Positions 18,709 to 29,647 of a stretch of 64,000 bases of DNA are shown one piece after another. Positions within the stretch are counted from its first letter, which is position 1, and the number at the start of each line of letters is the position of its first letter. The stretch is from Candidatus Poribacteria bacterium (GTDB lineage Bacteria; Poribacteria; WGA-4E; PCPOR2b). The stretch is from positions 672,001 through 736,000 of the forward strand of contig OZ244587.1 of the NCBI GenBank assembly GCA_965218095.1, read 5' to 3'. The notes under the pieces were generated by a model that saw nothing but the letters and a program-made list of their open reading frames with translations, was not told the DNA's origin and made no database searches. The translations under genes and the position numbers were made by a program.

Positions 18709-19452
18709 ATGCTTACCAAGGACATGATCGTAGCTCTTCCATCGCTTCCGGGCGTCTATTTTCTTCGCAGCAGATTGGGGGAAATTCTCTACATCGGCAA
18801 GGCAAAATCTCTACGCAAACGGGTGGGGTCATACCTGCATAATTCCCAGCAAAATCGCTGGGGCAAAATCAAGCGGTTGGTGCGCCACGCGGCACAAATT
18901 GACTACGAAATCTGTGCTTCGGAGTTAGAGGCGCTATTGCTGGAATCCCGCCTTATCAAACAACATCAGCCTCCGTACAATATCAGCCTGAAATTCGTCC
19001 ACAGGTCTCCGTTCATTAAGATTTCTCTCAACGACGATTTCCCCAAGGTGGCGCTCGTTTTCAATGAGGAATCTGATGGGGCACGATATTTTGGGCCTTT
19101 TTCAAGCCTGAGATGGACAAGAGAGGCTGTCGAGGTGTTACACAGGATTTTTCCGATTCGGACCTGCGAGGGAACAATCCTCCCACTGCCAGATTTTAGG
19201 CCATGCTTCAGTTACCATGTGAAGCGCTGTCACGCGCCCTGCGCAGAGAGAGTCAGCCGTGAAACCTACCGTGCGATGATCAGCGATGTGATTCACATAC
19301 TGGAAGGGAAATATCGCGCCATCATCAAGAAACTGACGATCAAGCGGGAGCGGGCGGCGATTGAACTGCACTTTGAACGCGCGGCAGCTTTACAAAAACG
19401 GATTGAGCAAATCGAGAGGGTGTTTGTTTACCTCGACGTACATCGTCGGTAA
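18709..19452 (+). CDS. GIY-YIG nuclease, UvrC N-terminal/Cho-like, with UVR domain
   Basis: LPSLPGVY...LYIGKAKSLRKRV, EALLLE..LIK...PPYN, YFGPF, a Cys cluster and C-terminal FERAA. Confidence 0.85.
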   Translation: MLTKDMIVALPSLPGVYFLRSRLGEILYIGKAKSLRKRVGSYLHNSQQNRWGKIKRLVRHAAQIDYEICASELEALLLESRLIKQHQPPYNISLKFVHRSPFIKISLNDDFPKVALVFNEESDGARYFGPFSSLRWTREAVEVLHRIFPIRTCEGTILPLPDFRPCFSYHVKRCHAPCAERVSRETYRAMISDVIHILEGKYRAIIKKLTIKRERAAIELHFERAAALQKRIEQIERVFVYLDVHRR

Positions 19453-19540
19453 ACCGCGAAGTGGGATTTGGGAGGAACACGATTCTCTGAAATAAATTGA
19501 ACCCCTCCACTTTTTTGTATATTTGGAAATTCAATAGGGG

Positions 19541-21004
19541 TCACTGTGTTGGCTCTTCGGGGCCATCTGTTTCGGTCTCAGCCGGATTTTTCTCCCGGAG
19601 CATCCGTTCAACCTTCTCTGCGACCTCGGGGTCGTCTTCTCTGAGGCGACGCAGCCCTTCCTCGGGACCATACTGATTCAAGACTTGTCGTGCTTTCTCG
19701 GAACGCTCCGGCGAAAACTGTTCGCTGAGTTGAGTTTCGATGCGCTCTTCTGTAGGCAGTTCGGGTGTCAACTGCTTTTCGAGGTCAGCTTCTATTTCGG
19801 CATCGCTTTTGGTGGCACGTTCCAAAGCCTCAGCCTGCACACGCTCAAACCGTTTCTGAACATCTTGGGCTTCTGCCCTCACGGGTTCATCCCCCGAAGG
19901 CCTGTCCTGTCCTCCGCTATCCCAATCGTCCCAATCCTCGGAAGTTTGATCTGGTACGCCGGCCATCTGTTGATTTTCCCCTCTTTTTAACCACGCCTCC
20001 AACTGTCTTCGTTCTTCTCCCGTCGGGGGTGGGATGGGCGGTGGCGGCTCGGAGAGGATAGTCCCGTTTTCATCGATATAGATGATTTCATAGCCTTCCG
20101 GGTGTTTCCCCTGTAACATAATGTCCCACTGCTGTTTCTGGGTAAGTGGTGCACCATGAAAAAATGCCCCGCGCCCTTTTCTTTGAACGTAGACGCGATT
20201 TGCACGTCCCGGGAGGTAGGTGTGTTTATCAGAACCGGTAAATAGTCCACCGAACACGCTCGGGTCACTTTGCCGCGCGGCATAGATTTGTTGGAATTCC
20301 CAAGTCTTCCTATCGATATAAGCGTCCTTGAATGTTTCCCAATCGTCGAATGTTTCCCCTCTCCATCGCCGCCATTCCCCATTCTCCTCAAAACTTACCA
20401 AATTCCATCGTTCGTTCACAAAAAGAGAATAATCGCCGTAATCCCCAAATATGACTCCTTTATCAAGGAGCATCGCAAGCCATTCGGCGCGGGGATACTT
20501 CTCATCCACCTTGGTAAGATTCGGACGGTCGTAGGTCTCATCAAATGCTGCCATCAATGCTTCAACCGTCTGAGGACCGGTATATCTTTCAGAGGGCACG
20601 TCCTCAACCGTAACCGTAACCGTAACCTCAGTGGATAATCCATCTCCATTTGCCTCCATCGCAGCAGGAGAGGGATATTTCTCTTTCATCAGATTCGCGT
20701 GCTTTGTCATGTGGGCATGAATATCGGTGCGCCATTTAGCGATTTCACTTGCCTCTGGCGGGTATTTAATTTGCTTATGTTTCTTGTTCGCTGCTAACAT
20801 ATTTTTGGTTATTTCGTCGGTCTGCTTTTCCACCCAGGCTTGCCACGGATCTTCAGATTCTTTTTGATGACTTGTGTCGAGTCCGCCTCCAGCCATAGAC
20901 GCGGGAAAGCGGAAGGTGGGTTGGTTTACTCGGAAGACGAAAAAGGCGATGATACTGATAGTTGCCAATAGGGAAAGTGCTAGCACTGTTCTTTTGTGTT
21001 TCAT
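19541..21004 (-). CDS. Hypothetical exported protein
   Basis: N-terminal TM segment, YTGPQTVEALM..FDE and C-terminal QYGPEEGLRRLREDDPEVA. Long uninterrupted ORF. Confidence 0.75.
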   Translation of the reverse strand: MKHKRTVLALSLLATISIIAFFVFRVNQPTFRFPASMAGGGLDTSHQKESEDPWQAWVEKQTDEITKNMLAANKKHKQIKYPPEASEIAKWRTDIHAHMTKHANLMKEKYPSPAAMEANGDGLSTEVTVTVTVEDVPSERYTGPQTVEALMAAFDETYDRPNLTKVDEKYPRAEWLAMLLDKGVIFGDYGDYSLFVNERWNLVSFEENGEWRRWRGETFDDWETFKDAYIDRKTWEFQQIYAARQSDPSVFGGLFTGSDKHTYLPGRANRVYVQRKGRGAFFHGAPLTQKQQWDIMLQGKHPEGYEIIYIDENGTILSEPPPPIPPPTGEERRQLEAWLKRGENQQMAGVPDQTSEDWDDWDSGGQDRPSGDEPVRAEAQDVQKRFERVQAEALERATKSDAEIEADLEKQLTPELPTEERIETQLSEQFSPERSEKARQVLNQYGPEEGLRRLREDDPEVAEKVERMLREKNPAETETDGPEEPTQ

Positions 21005-21078
21005 CTTTTATCCCCCATATCAGTTAGAATCGGGGTGCCTTCAGGACACCCCGAATTCCAATTTAGGAACAATTAATA

Positions 21079-22187
21079 GAGGGGTGTGCATAAATATAGT
21101 TGACATAATCAAGCCAAAAGGGTTTCCTATTGTTATCATAGCAAAAGGAGCCCCAATATGGTACAAAGACCAATGTTGGCTGATTATGTCACTCTTATTA
21201 TGCAACTCTTTGAGCAGTTTATGCAACACCGTATTGACAAACCAGGTGTCACACACGCAAAACCATTGACATATTCAACCACCTCGTTTATCATTTTCTT
21301 CATGTTGATGCAGTTTCACGGCATCTATGGCTTCAAAACGCAATGGCGGTGGCTAATCAATCACCCAGAAGTGTTACAAATGCTGGGGTGGCAACAGCCC
21401 CCTCATCGAACCACGATTGCACGTCGCTATAAGGCATTATATGAAGTGATAGAGGCATTTGTATTGTTTATCGGTCAGTATGCCACTGACTTGTCCCAAC
21501 AATTCAACTTGGCTCATCTGGTAGCCGACAAAAGTTTATTTAAGGCACGAGGACCCGTCTGGCATCAAACTGACCGCAAAGCAGGAAAAGTACCTAAACA
21601 TCTACGCAACCTCGACACCGATGCCACGTGGAGCAAGAGTGGTTATCATGGCTGGGTCTATGGCTACGGACTTCACATTATCTGCACACAAGGTGCGTTC
21701 CCAACACTGATAACTGTGCACCGTGCGTCGGTCTCCGAAAGTTGGGCGATAGATGCTAAAGCGTCTGAGATTCTGACACAACTTTCACCGCAGACACTCA
21801 CTGCCGATGATGCCTATACCCAAGCAGACCGTATCCGTCGTTGGGCGAAGGCACAAGTCGCTTTGATTACCCCGGCACTTAGATGGACAAAGGGACGGTT
21901 TGCCAAGGCGTATCATCGATTTATCAACCAACCCAAGCAGCGTCTCTGTTTAAGCAAACGTCGCAGTTCGGTTGAACCGTTGTTTGACTTGATTGCTAAA
22001 GTGATAGGCGCCACTCCTCAACAGAAGCAGTTACCGGTCAAGGGGTTTTTCAATGTACGCTGTTGTTTAGCTATCGGGGTGTTATCAGTGCAAGTGGCTA
22101 TGATTGCCAATGCCATATGGAAGTTACCTGCTCGCAATATCTCTCATATGGCGGCTGTTTTCCAATGAACTACTATGCACACCCCTC
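21079..22187 (+). mobile_element. Unclassified 1109-bp DDE insertion sequence copy 1 (transposase 21158-22168)
   Basis: 14-bp IR GAGGGGTGTGCATA / TATGCACACCCCTC, 8-bp TSD AATTAATA, motifs VADKS, TADDAY and RRSSVE. Near-identical copy at 47933. Confidence 0.92.
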
Positions 22188-22235
22188 AATTAATAATAGC
22201 CACTGGAATGATATTCGGCACGATCAGTGTCACTA

Positions 22236-23054
22236 GGTTCTGTTGACATTTGAGTATAAGGTTGTGGCATAATAGAAGAATGATGCCAATAACCTTACCC
22301 GATGACCAATGGAATAAGATATACTCGTTTCTTCTAACTTGTCCCACCATCTATGTTGGCAACGAAGCGACAACACGCCGCTTTATCGAAGCTGTTCTCT
22401 GGGCGACCCGTAGCGGTGCTCAATGGAGACTTCTGCCAGACACCTATGGTAAATTGAACACCCTCTATAAGCGGTTTGCTCGGTGGTGCGACAAAGGTAT
22501 CTGCACACAGATGCACCACCACTTCGCCGCCGACCCCGATATCGAGTCGCTTATTGTGGGCAGTACAATCATTCGAGCGCACCCGTGTGCGGCGGGCGCC
22601 TTAAAAAAAGGGTGGCACTGAAAACCAAGCGTTAGGCTGCTCTCGCGGGGGATTCAGTACAAAAATTCACATCACCGTTGACGGCCTGGGTAATCCCCTA
22701 AGAATACATCTGACGCCCGGTCAAAGAAACGACATAGCGGAAGCAGAAGCGTTGATACTTGGATATAAAAGCGAGTATGTGATTGGAGACAAGGGATATG
22801 ACTCCGACAATTTTATCGCGGTTATTGAGGCGAATGGAGCGATTGCGGTGATACCGCCCAAAAGTCATCGTGTGGATCAAAGAGATTACGACAAACATCT
22901 GTACAAAGAGAGACATCGGGTTGAATGTTTCATTAACAAGATAAAATGGTATCGCCGCATCTTCTCTCGGTTCGAGAAGCTAGCTGTCCGTTATTTTGGA
23001 TTTCTCAGCTTTGTCTCCACTCTTATATGGCTCCCTTGAAATGTCAACAGAACC
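22236..23054 (+). mobile_element. IS5-family element (IS427/IS1031-like, two ORFs joined by -1 frameshift)
   Basis: 16-bp IR GGTTCTGTTGACATTT, TA duplication in a CTAG context and a slippery A7G run near 22603. The first catalytic Asp appears mutated (LIVGSTIIRAH). Confidence 0.9.
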
Positions 23055-23191
23055 TAGGACGACCGCTTATGGAAATCAAAGACTTAGTTTTCGCATAGCC
23101 TATATCAACTAGCACAAGTCGTTAATTGTTTTATTTCTATAAAGAGGTTTGACTGCCCATGAAATCAAATTTGGTCAATTCAGAAATCGTC

Positions 23192-24427
23192 TTACAACTC
23201 TCCGGCTCGCAGCTTCTGAATATAGTTTTCATTGATATTGTTCGATGGATGTTGGAGGCTCCGGTGAGGTTCTGGAAAGCTCCTGAGTAGTTTTTGGTAT
23301 TCTTTTATCGCTTCCTCTATATTGTCAGCTTTTTCATAGATGCTACCAATCCAATATTGAGCCTGCATTCGCGTATCGTAGTCATAGGTTGGGTTATTGG
23401 CGACTTTCCGATATGCGCTAATTGCTCCATCGACATCGTTCTTTGCGTAGTAGATTTGTGCAACATAGAACTGCGAATTGGGAGCATTCTCATTGCGTGG
23501 ATATTTCTCTATCGCCTCCTCAAGTCGGGTAATCGACGCGTCATACCTTTCCAGCTTCTCATAAGCCCAACCAATGTAAAAGTGCGCATCCTTAGCTGAT
23601 TTAGTTTCGGGATGTTTATCAATCACCTTTTGATAATTCTCAATCGCCTGCTCATACGTTGCTTCGGCAAAATAGGTTTGGGCGATTCCAAACTGTGCGA
23701 GTGGGGCAAGTTCGGGGTGCCCTGAATTAACAACATTCATAAATTCGATACGTGCATTGTCGTAGTCCTGCTTCTCGGTAAAAATCATCCCCGTGTAATA
23801 CACAATACTATGGATGAGCTCGCTATCCCTGAACTCCTCCCGTAACGCATCAAACGCCTCAAGTGTGTGACTCCAACTCTCTTTCCCATAGTAGCACATC
23901 GCCCTGTTGAAACGGGATTCGTCGGCGAGCAAACTGCCCGGATAGTCTCGGATGAGCTGATTGAACATCGCAGATGCACGGTCATAATAGACATCTGCAC
24001 TTTCAACACTCTCTGTCTGTTTTATATTTTCCGCGATTCTATAGTAAGCGATGGCAATTATGTACAGCGAATCGTCTGTCCATTCACTGTCGGGATAGTT
24101 GTTAATGAGACGTCGATAGAGAGCAAACGCTTCCTCGTCCGTTCGTGCAAGCCGTGACGCCAACTGGTAGATCGCATCATCTGCCCAACGACTATCCGGA
24201 TATTTATCGAACACTTGACGGTATAAAGCCCTGACCTTGCTCACACGTTTCTGGTCCGAATCCTCAAGAGTCACGGGCGGGATATCCGCTTTCTGAGCCT
24301 CTTGCCATACGGTATCTGCTTCGTCATAGTAGTTATCGTAGCTTATGTTTGATTTTGACGACCGACCAATAAAAAAACCGATTACAAAAGCTACGATAAC
24401 AATCTCTGCTATAATGAATTTTCTCAT
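23192..24427 (-). CDS. Membrane-anchored tetratricopeptide repeat protein (BamD/CpoB-like repeats)
   Basis: Repeated YPDSxxADDAxY TPR units after an N-terminal TM segment. Confidence 0.85.
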   Translation of the reverse strand: MRKFIIAEIVIVAFVIGFFIGRSSKSNISYDNYYDEADTVWQEAQKADIPPVTLEDSDQKRVSKVRALYRQVFDKYPDSRWADDAIYQLASRLARTDEEAFALYRRLINNYPDSEWTDDSLYIIAIAYYRIAENIKQTESVESADVYYDRASAMFNQLIRDYPGSLLADESRFNRAMCYYGKESWSHTLEAFDALREEFRDSELIHSIVYYTGMIFTEKQDYDNARIEFMNVVNSGHPELAPLAQFGIAQTYFAEATYEQAIENYQKVIDKHPETKSAKDAHFYIGWAYEKLERYDASITRLEEAIEKYPRNENAPNSQFYVAQIYYAKNDVDGAISAYRKVANNPTYDYDTRMQAQYWIGSIYEKADNIEEAIKEYQKLLRSFPEPHRSLQHPSNNINENYIQKLRAGEL

Positions 24428-24888
24428 TTCTCAAACTCCTGTCCTGCGGCGTGATTTGCTTTATGTGTTAAGAAAAACTCGTGGTAACAAAGTTTGAACG
24501 AATTTTATCATCTTTGCCCGAAGGTGTCAAGCACTGATTGCTATTGATTGTACGCTTCGGTGCATATGGGTAGGACCTGATACCCGATACTGTTCGTTTA
24601 TGCCCTCACATTCTGATAACGTTCAGATCATGCAAATGGTATGCTTTTCACCAGGTGATGGTTTTGAAAATGGGGTACACGAAAATAGGATAAAGGATAT
24701 AGTGCAATGCACACGCCAAGATGGAATTATTGGCGTGCTATCACTATTTCGATATTTGAGCATTTTGCCCTTGATTTTCCTGACATATAATGCTAAATTG
24801 GTGCATGATAAAACAAATCAACGAATCTGCGGATCGACGAACTATATTCTCGTAATATGCGTCACGTTTTACGCATGACGGAGGAAAT

Positions 24889-25530
24889 ATGCAATCATCA
24901 CATGGCGTTAATTTTTCAGGATTTCGGCCATCTGTGATGGGCAGGAACGGCGTGGTGACATCCGGACACCCGCTCGCGCCACAGGCAGAAGTTCAAGCAA
25001 TGATAGCGGGCGGCAACGCTGTCGATGCTGCGGTTGCAACGGCATCAGTGTTGGGCGTTGTTGAACCGGCCGGTTCCGGTGTCGGCGGAGATGGATTTAT
25101 CCTGATCTATTGGGCAGAGACGGGCACAGTAACGGGTGTGAATGCGACAGGTCCAGCACCTTATGCAGCAACCCGTGAACTGTACCTATAGGATGGCGGA
25201 TTCCAATGAAGGGCATCCGCAGCGTCTCGGTGCCGGGAATAGTCAATGGCTGGCTCAAGGCTCACGAGCGTTACGGTGCGATTAAACTCGATCAGGTGTT
25301 TGATCCGGCGATTTCGCTGTGCGAAAATGGTTTTCCTATCAGCTACAACCTTGCCTCTAGTCTTAAAGGTGAGAACTCACGCTTTGCTGAGGATCCATAC
25401 ACCCGCCCAGTATTTACGAATGACGGCAAACCGCTCGAACCCGGGGAAATTCTCTATCGAAAGAATCTTGGGACAACACTGCGAAAAATCGCGGCGGAGG
25501 GACGTGGGACGTTCTATGAAGGTGAAATCA
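24889..25530 (+). pseudogene. ggt: Gamma-glutamyltransferase, disrupted and 3'-truncated
   Basis: GGNAVDAAVA...SGVGGDGF, SVSVPG. TAG at 25189-25191 with an adjacent frameshift, and similarity ends at FYEGEI against the end of purC. Confidence 0.8.
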
Positions 25531-26424
25531 CAATAATTCCCGTCCAACGATTAAGCGATATGCCTCCAGATATTTTTCGCTGGTTTTGTGGATGACCTCC
25601 GTTGGCAATTCCGGTGCCGGGGGCTCTTTATTCCAGCCGATCTCACTGAGATAATCACGCACATACTGTTTGTCAAAACTCGGTTGCGAACCGCCCGGTT
25701 TATACTGCTCCTTGGGCCAGAAGCGTGATGAATCCGGAGTGAAGACTTCGTCAATGAGAATCAGTTGACCATCGATCTGACCAAATTCAAACTTGGTGTC
25801 GCAAAGAATTATCCCGACCTTTTCAGCGTGTGCACTGGCTGCGGTAAAGAGATCGAAGCTGATTTGGATAATCTGTTCTGCCAAGTCCTTCCCAATGCTC
25901 TCCTCCATCTGCGCGATTGAGATGTTCTCATCATGCAGCCCGTGCTCTGCCTTGGTCGCAGGTGTGAAGATGAGTTGTGGCAGCCGCTCCGATTCCTGCA
26001 AGCCTTCAGGTAGCTTTTCCCCACATACCGTCCCATCCTTTTTATATTCCGCCCACGCTGAACCCGCGATGTATCCCCGCACGACGCATTCGATATCGAT
26101 TCGATTGGCTTTCCGCACAAGCATTGACCGCCCCTTAAGCAGTTTCGCATCGGATTGCAGCATGTCAGGATACTGCGAAACATCAGTCGTGATGAGATGA
26201 TTATCGACGATTGATTTTGTGTAGTCAAACCAGAACTCAGAGAGCCTGTTCAGGATGTGCCCTTTGTACGGAATCCCATTCGGCAGGACGACATCAAACG
26301 CCGAAATCCGGTCTGTTGAGACGAATACAAGTTGATCCCCGATGTCATAAAGATCTCGGACTTTTCCCCGCTGGGCGGGGGCGATGTTCGTTAGGTTGGT
26401 TTCTGTGATAACGTTTTGTGACAT
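25528..26424 (-). CDS. purC: SAICAR synthase
   Basis: RGKVRDLY, TDRISAFD, ECVVRGY, DTKFEFG, TPDSSRFW and SFDKQYVRD. Confidence 0.95.
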   Translation of the reverse strand: MSQNVITETNLTNIAPAQRGKVRDLYDIGDQLVFVSTDRISAFDVVLPNGIPYKGHILNRLSEFWFDYTKSIVDNHLITTDVSQYPDMLQSDAKLLKGRSMLVRKANRIDIECVVRGYIAGSAWAEYKKDGTVCGEKLPEGLQESERLPQLIFTPATKAEHGLHDENISIAQMEESIGKDLAEQIIQISFDLFTAASAHAEKVGIILCDTKFEFGQIDGQLILIDEVFTPDSSRFWPKEQYKPGGSQPSFDKQYVRDYLSEIGWNKEPPAPELPTEVIHKTSEKYLEAYRLIVGRELL

Positions 26425-26641
26425 GACTAACTCCAACAGATATAGAATTTTGATGCTACGATAAAATTATGGTAATATCGTCTAAGTTAAGCTACGCCAC
26501 TTGCTATACGGCGCAAAAGGCGTAGCTTCAGCGTTTTGTGTGGATTGTTGCCTCAATTCTGCTTTGCAGACTGCTTAGGACTTTGTTCGGGCCCAGAAGA
26601 CTCTCCACCAGATTTTAGGGTCGGTTGTAGACATTGAACCC

Positions 26642-27607
26642 TTACCTAACCAAATCCTTAAAAACGGACAAGCAATATCTCCAGTATTCGACAGCGTATT
26701 TTTTGACTCCCTCTGGTTGATCTGCCAAATCCATATAGTGCCCAATCCAACCAAGCAACAGGTCTTGAGATGCCTTTTTGACGGTACGGGGTTCCGCATC
26801 ATAAGCAATATCAAGAAAGCTGTCCAGATCCGCTTCATCCAGGTGAAAATTAATCTCACGATAGAGGACTAAATTCACCATCAGTGCGGTCGTGATTTCA
26901 CGGGCGGTGTCACCATCAGTGTTCGGCGGATAGTCGGCGGCGAAAATCTTCTCCTGCGGAAGCGCCTGGAGGTAACTAAATCGATGGTTGAGGTAGTCTA
27001 ACTGCCGATTGGCGATGGCGACGTCAGCGAGGCTTGTCACAGGGCGGGGTGTAGCAGATAACTGATGCAGCGTAACTTGCGCGGCGTCAGTCACAAGTTT
27101 CCGTTCAATAACCGACTCCAGAAAATCTCGTTCCCAAACATTATAAGTTGGGATCTCCTCTCGCTCAATAAAGGATATTGTCGGCGTTTCAGGAGAGATG
27201 AGGATTGCCTTTTCGAGGGTGTTTTGAGAACGTTCTACTAATTTATCGACGAGCGTATTGCCGATTTGAAAGAACTTAATCAGCCGATTTTTATTCAGCA
27301 GGCGCACCGATTTGTCGAGATCTCCCTCGCAGCCGTACTCCAAACCTAGACTTGCTAACGCGAACGCCTCTTGAATCTGCCCGCGAATCTCCACCCACGA
27401 GGAGAGGTCCTCCACCTTGATTGTAATCAGCTTATGGGCAAGCGCGGCGATATCGTGGTGCATTTTGTCCACCTGCTCAGGTGAAAGTCGCCCTGCTTTT
27501 TGTCCGTGCTCAAGTGTTTGCGCAAAGAACAGCCGATTGTCATAATGGGCCAGGGCGTCAGCTTCAAACATCTTCTGATTCCTTGTCTGCTTCGCTCTTT
27601 TCGTCAT
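26642..27607 (-). CDS. Hypothetical helical protein (DUF6178-like, C-terminal type)
   Basis: 321-aa ORF overlapping its upstream partner. SLGLE...FQIG pattern. Confidence 0.55.
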   Translation of the reverse strand: MTKRAKQTRNQKMFEADALAHYDNRLFFAQTLEHGQKAGRLSPEQVDKMHHDIAALAHKLITIKVEDLSSWVEIRGQIQEAFALASLGLEYGCEGDLDKSVRLLNKNRLIKFFQIGNTLVDKLVERSQNTLEKAILISPETPTISFIEREEIPTYNVWERDFLESVIERKLVTDAAQVTLHQLSATPRPVTSLADVAIANRQLDYLNHRFSYLQALPQEKIFAADYPPNTDGDTAREITTALMVNLVLYREINFHLDEADLDSFLDIAYDAEPRTVKKASQDLLLGWIGHYMDLADQPEGVKKYAVEYWRYCLSVFKDLVR

Positions 27608-28382
27608 CCGCTAAATCCGGTTCATTAAGGTCTACCTTCTCCAAGATCTCTTCTTCGGTGATATCAATGCCGGCCGTTTTATCGCGCTCCCGGACTCGTT
27701 CATCGCGCATTTCTTTTGTACGGTAAAGCGAAGCTGCAAGTTCGTCATCTATCTCCGCTTCCTGATCTAGTCCAAAGAGCTCATACAGCACACGGGTAAA
27801 CAGGTCTGCGTCCGCTTCCCAGATTGCGTTCATAATCGCCCGTGCGCGTTCATCTGAATACTCAACGCCCGCCGACGACGGATCGACCAGTCCCTCCTCA
27901 ATAAACATGGCTTTGAACTCTGTCTCTATTTCAACCCGGCCGCGCAACAGGCTGGCGAGAATGCCAATATCGATTTGGGACAGCAAATCGCCAAGTTCAT
28001 CTATCTCGCATTCCGACAATTCAAAAAGCCATAAACCGAGCGTTTTTTCATCGAGTTTGCCGTTGCGCCACAAAACGAGATCCATCATCTCCTCAAACTG
28101 CTCAGATGACAGACACGGCAACAGCGCCGACGCCGTCCCCGTACCGAGCCTCGTATCCAGGACTTGCAGCACATCTTCCGTTGGGCTCAACTGGATTAAC
28201 TCGGTACAGTCTGGGACAAGATAGTACAATTCCTCACGCGCCTTCGCATCCCGGGCTGATGAAATGACTTCCAGTTGCTGATCCGTTGTGTAGCTCTGGA
28301 ACAGCGCTTCAGCCGCGGATGTCGGCATTTTCAACAATTTTTGAGTTTCTGAATGTGGATTGATGAGTTTTCCGTTGCTCAC
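27564..28382 (-). CDS. Hypothetical acidic helical protein (DUF6178-like, N-terminal type)
   Basis: GTG start with a GGAGG RBS. SSEQF..MMDLVLW...LD....WL pattern. Confidence 0.55.
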   Translation of the reverse strand: MSNGKLINPHSETQKLLKMPTSAAEALFQSYTTDQQLEVISSARDAKAREELYYLVPDCTELIQLSPTEDVLQVLDTRLGTGTASALLPCLSSEQFEEMMDLVLWRNGKLDEKTLGLWLFELSECEIDELGDLLSQIDIGILASLLRGRVEIETEFKAMFIEEGLVDPSSAGVEYSDERARAIMNAIWEADADLFTRVLYELFGLDQEAEIDDELAASLYRTKEMRDERVRERDKTAGIDITEEEILEKVDLNEPDLADDEKSEADKESEDV

Positions 28383-28411
28383 ACCAGCCTCCCCCTAATC
28401 CGTTGGAAATC

Positions 28412-29178
28412 TCAGCAGTAGTTTTCTTTGACAAAACTCAGGTTCTTCGCCGCCGAAGCAATCGGATCATCTTTTGATGGGGTTTCGAGAACAAACCAAC
28501 CATCATAACCAATCGCATGAGTCGCTTCGATAACCGCAGGAAAGTCAACCTCGCCCTCGCCGGCGTAGTTGCCACCGGTGTCTTTGATGTGCATCTGTGC
28601 AATGGCTTTCCCCAGTTGGCGAATTTCTTCGGCAGCATCATATCCCAAAGTCGTGGCATTGCCCATGTCGTAGTAGACACCTACGCCGGAGAGACGACCT
28701 GATCGAGGATCTGTTGGTGCTCGTCGGCGTTTAACGTCGATTCCAGGGCAAGGGAAACGTCATACTTCTCAGCCGTCTCCGCCGCCGCTTTCAAACCGTT
28801 GATGAAACGTGGCACCGTAATATGTGCTTTTTCAATCTTGCCGTCGTCGAAGAACGGGATAAGAATAACCTTTGCGCCTAGTTTTGGAGAGACTGCTGAG
28901 AGGCGCTGCAACATCGCGATCCCTTCAGCTCGCGCTTCATCATCTAGGTGGGCAAATGTATATGACGTGAAACCGCCCGGCGAGAGCGAAGGCGTTTCAA
29001 TACCGACCTTTTCAGATAATGCCTTAATCATGTCTACACCCGATTCGCTCCAGAGTTGGTGTTCACGGTAATTCGCGCCGATACATATTTCGATGCCGCC
29101 AAATCCAATCTCTTTCGCTTTGCTGAACGCATCTTCAAAGGGCAAGCCTAATATACCATCTCGGATGCCAACTTTCAT
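28412..29178 (-). pseudogene. Sugar phosphate isomerase/epimerase (TIM barrel), 1-nt frameshift
   Basis: GFGGIE...LALE...VYYDMGN...MHIKD...GYDGWFVLE, with a frame break near 28683. Confidence 0.8.
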
Positions 29179-29647
29179 ATTCTTCTCCTGCGCTGATGGA
29201 CTCACGATTGGAATAAGTTAATTCTGGGATACTTGGCGATAATGATAACATTTTTGAATTATAGATGTCAAGCGGCGTACATGATAGTTAGAAATTCCCC
29301 ACGCATGGGCTCAATCAATTTTACCGAGGGGCTGACCCAGAAAAAACAGGTACAGACAGACTTCGAGTATGAGTCGTCGGCAATGCTCACGGTTTTGCCG
29401 ACAACTGAGTAGAGCCACCTCCTTTCAATTCGTAGTTTTGGGGTGAATGTATCACCGAATCATTTCATCACAAAGTTTACGACCAATAACACCGAAATTC
29501 AACCTGTTTTTTCTCGTGGGGAATTTCTACATGATAGTTTGGCAGACGATTTTCGATTGCCCACTTCCCCAATCTGTGCTATCATAACGGAAAGGTGAAA
29601 CGTGAAGGACAATGACACACAATGAATTGAAGAGGGAATGCTTTCTT

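Noticed and set aside
20607-20628. ACCGTA tandem repeat as a phase-variation tract
   Set aside because: It is an in-frame 6-nt unit encoding VTVTVT, and a length change would not shift the frame.
22598-22621. IS5 ORF break as a pseudogenising stop
   Set aside because: The A7G run followed by a continuous -1 frame (GGTENQALGCSRGGFSTKIH) is the normal programmed frameshift arrangement.
29370-29410. Hairpin GTCGTCGGCAA...TTGCCGACAAC as a riboswitch or ncRNA
   Set aside because: A single stem with no recognisable aptamer motif.
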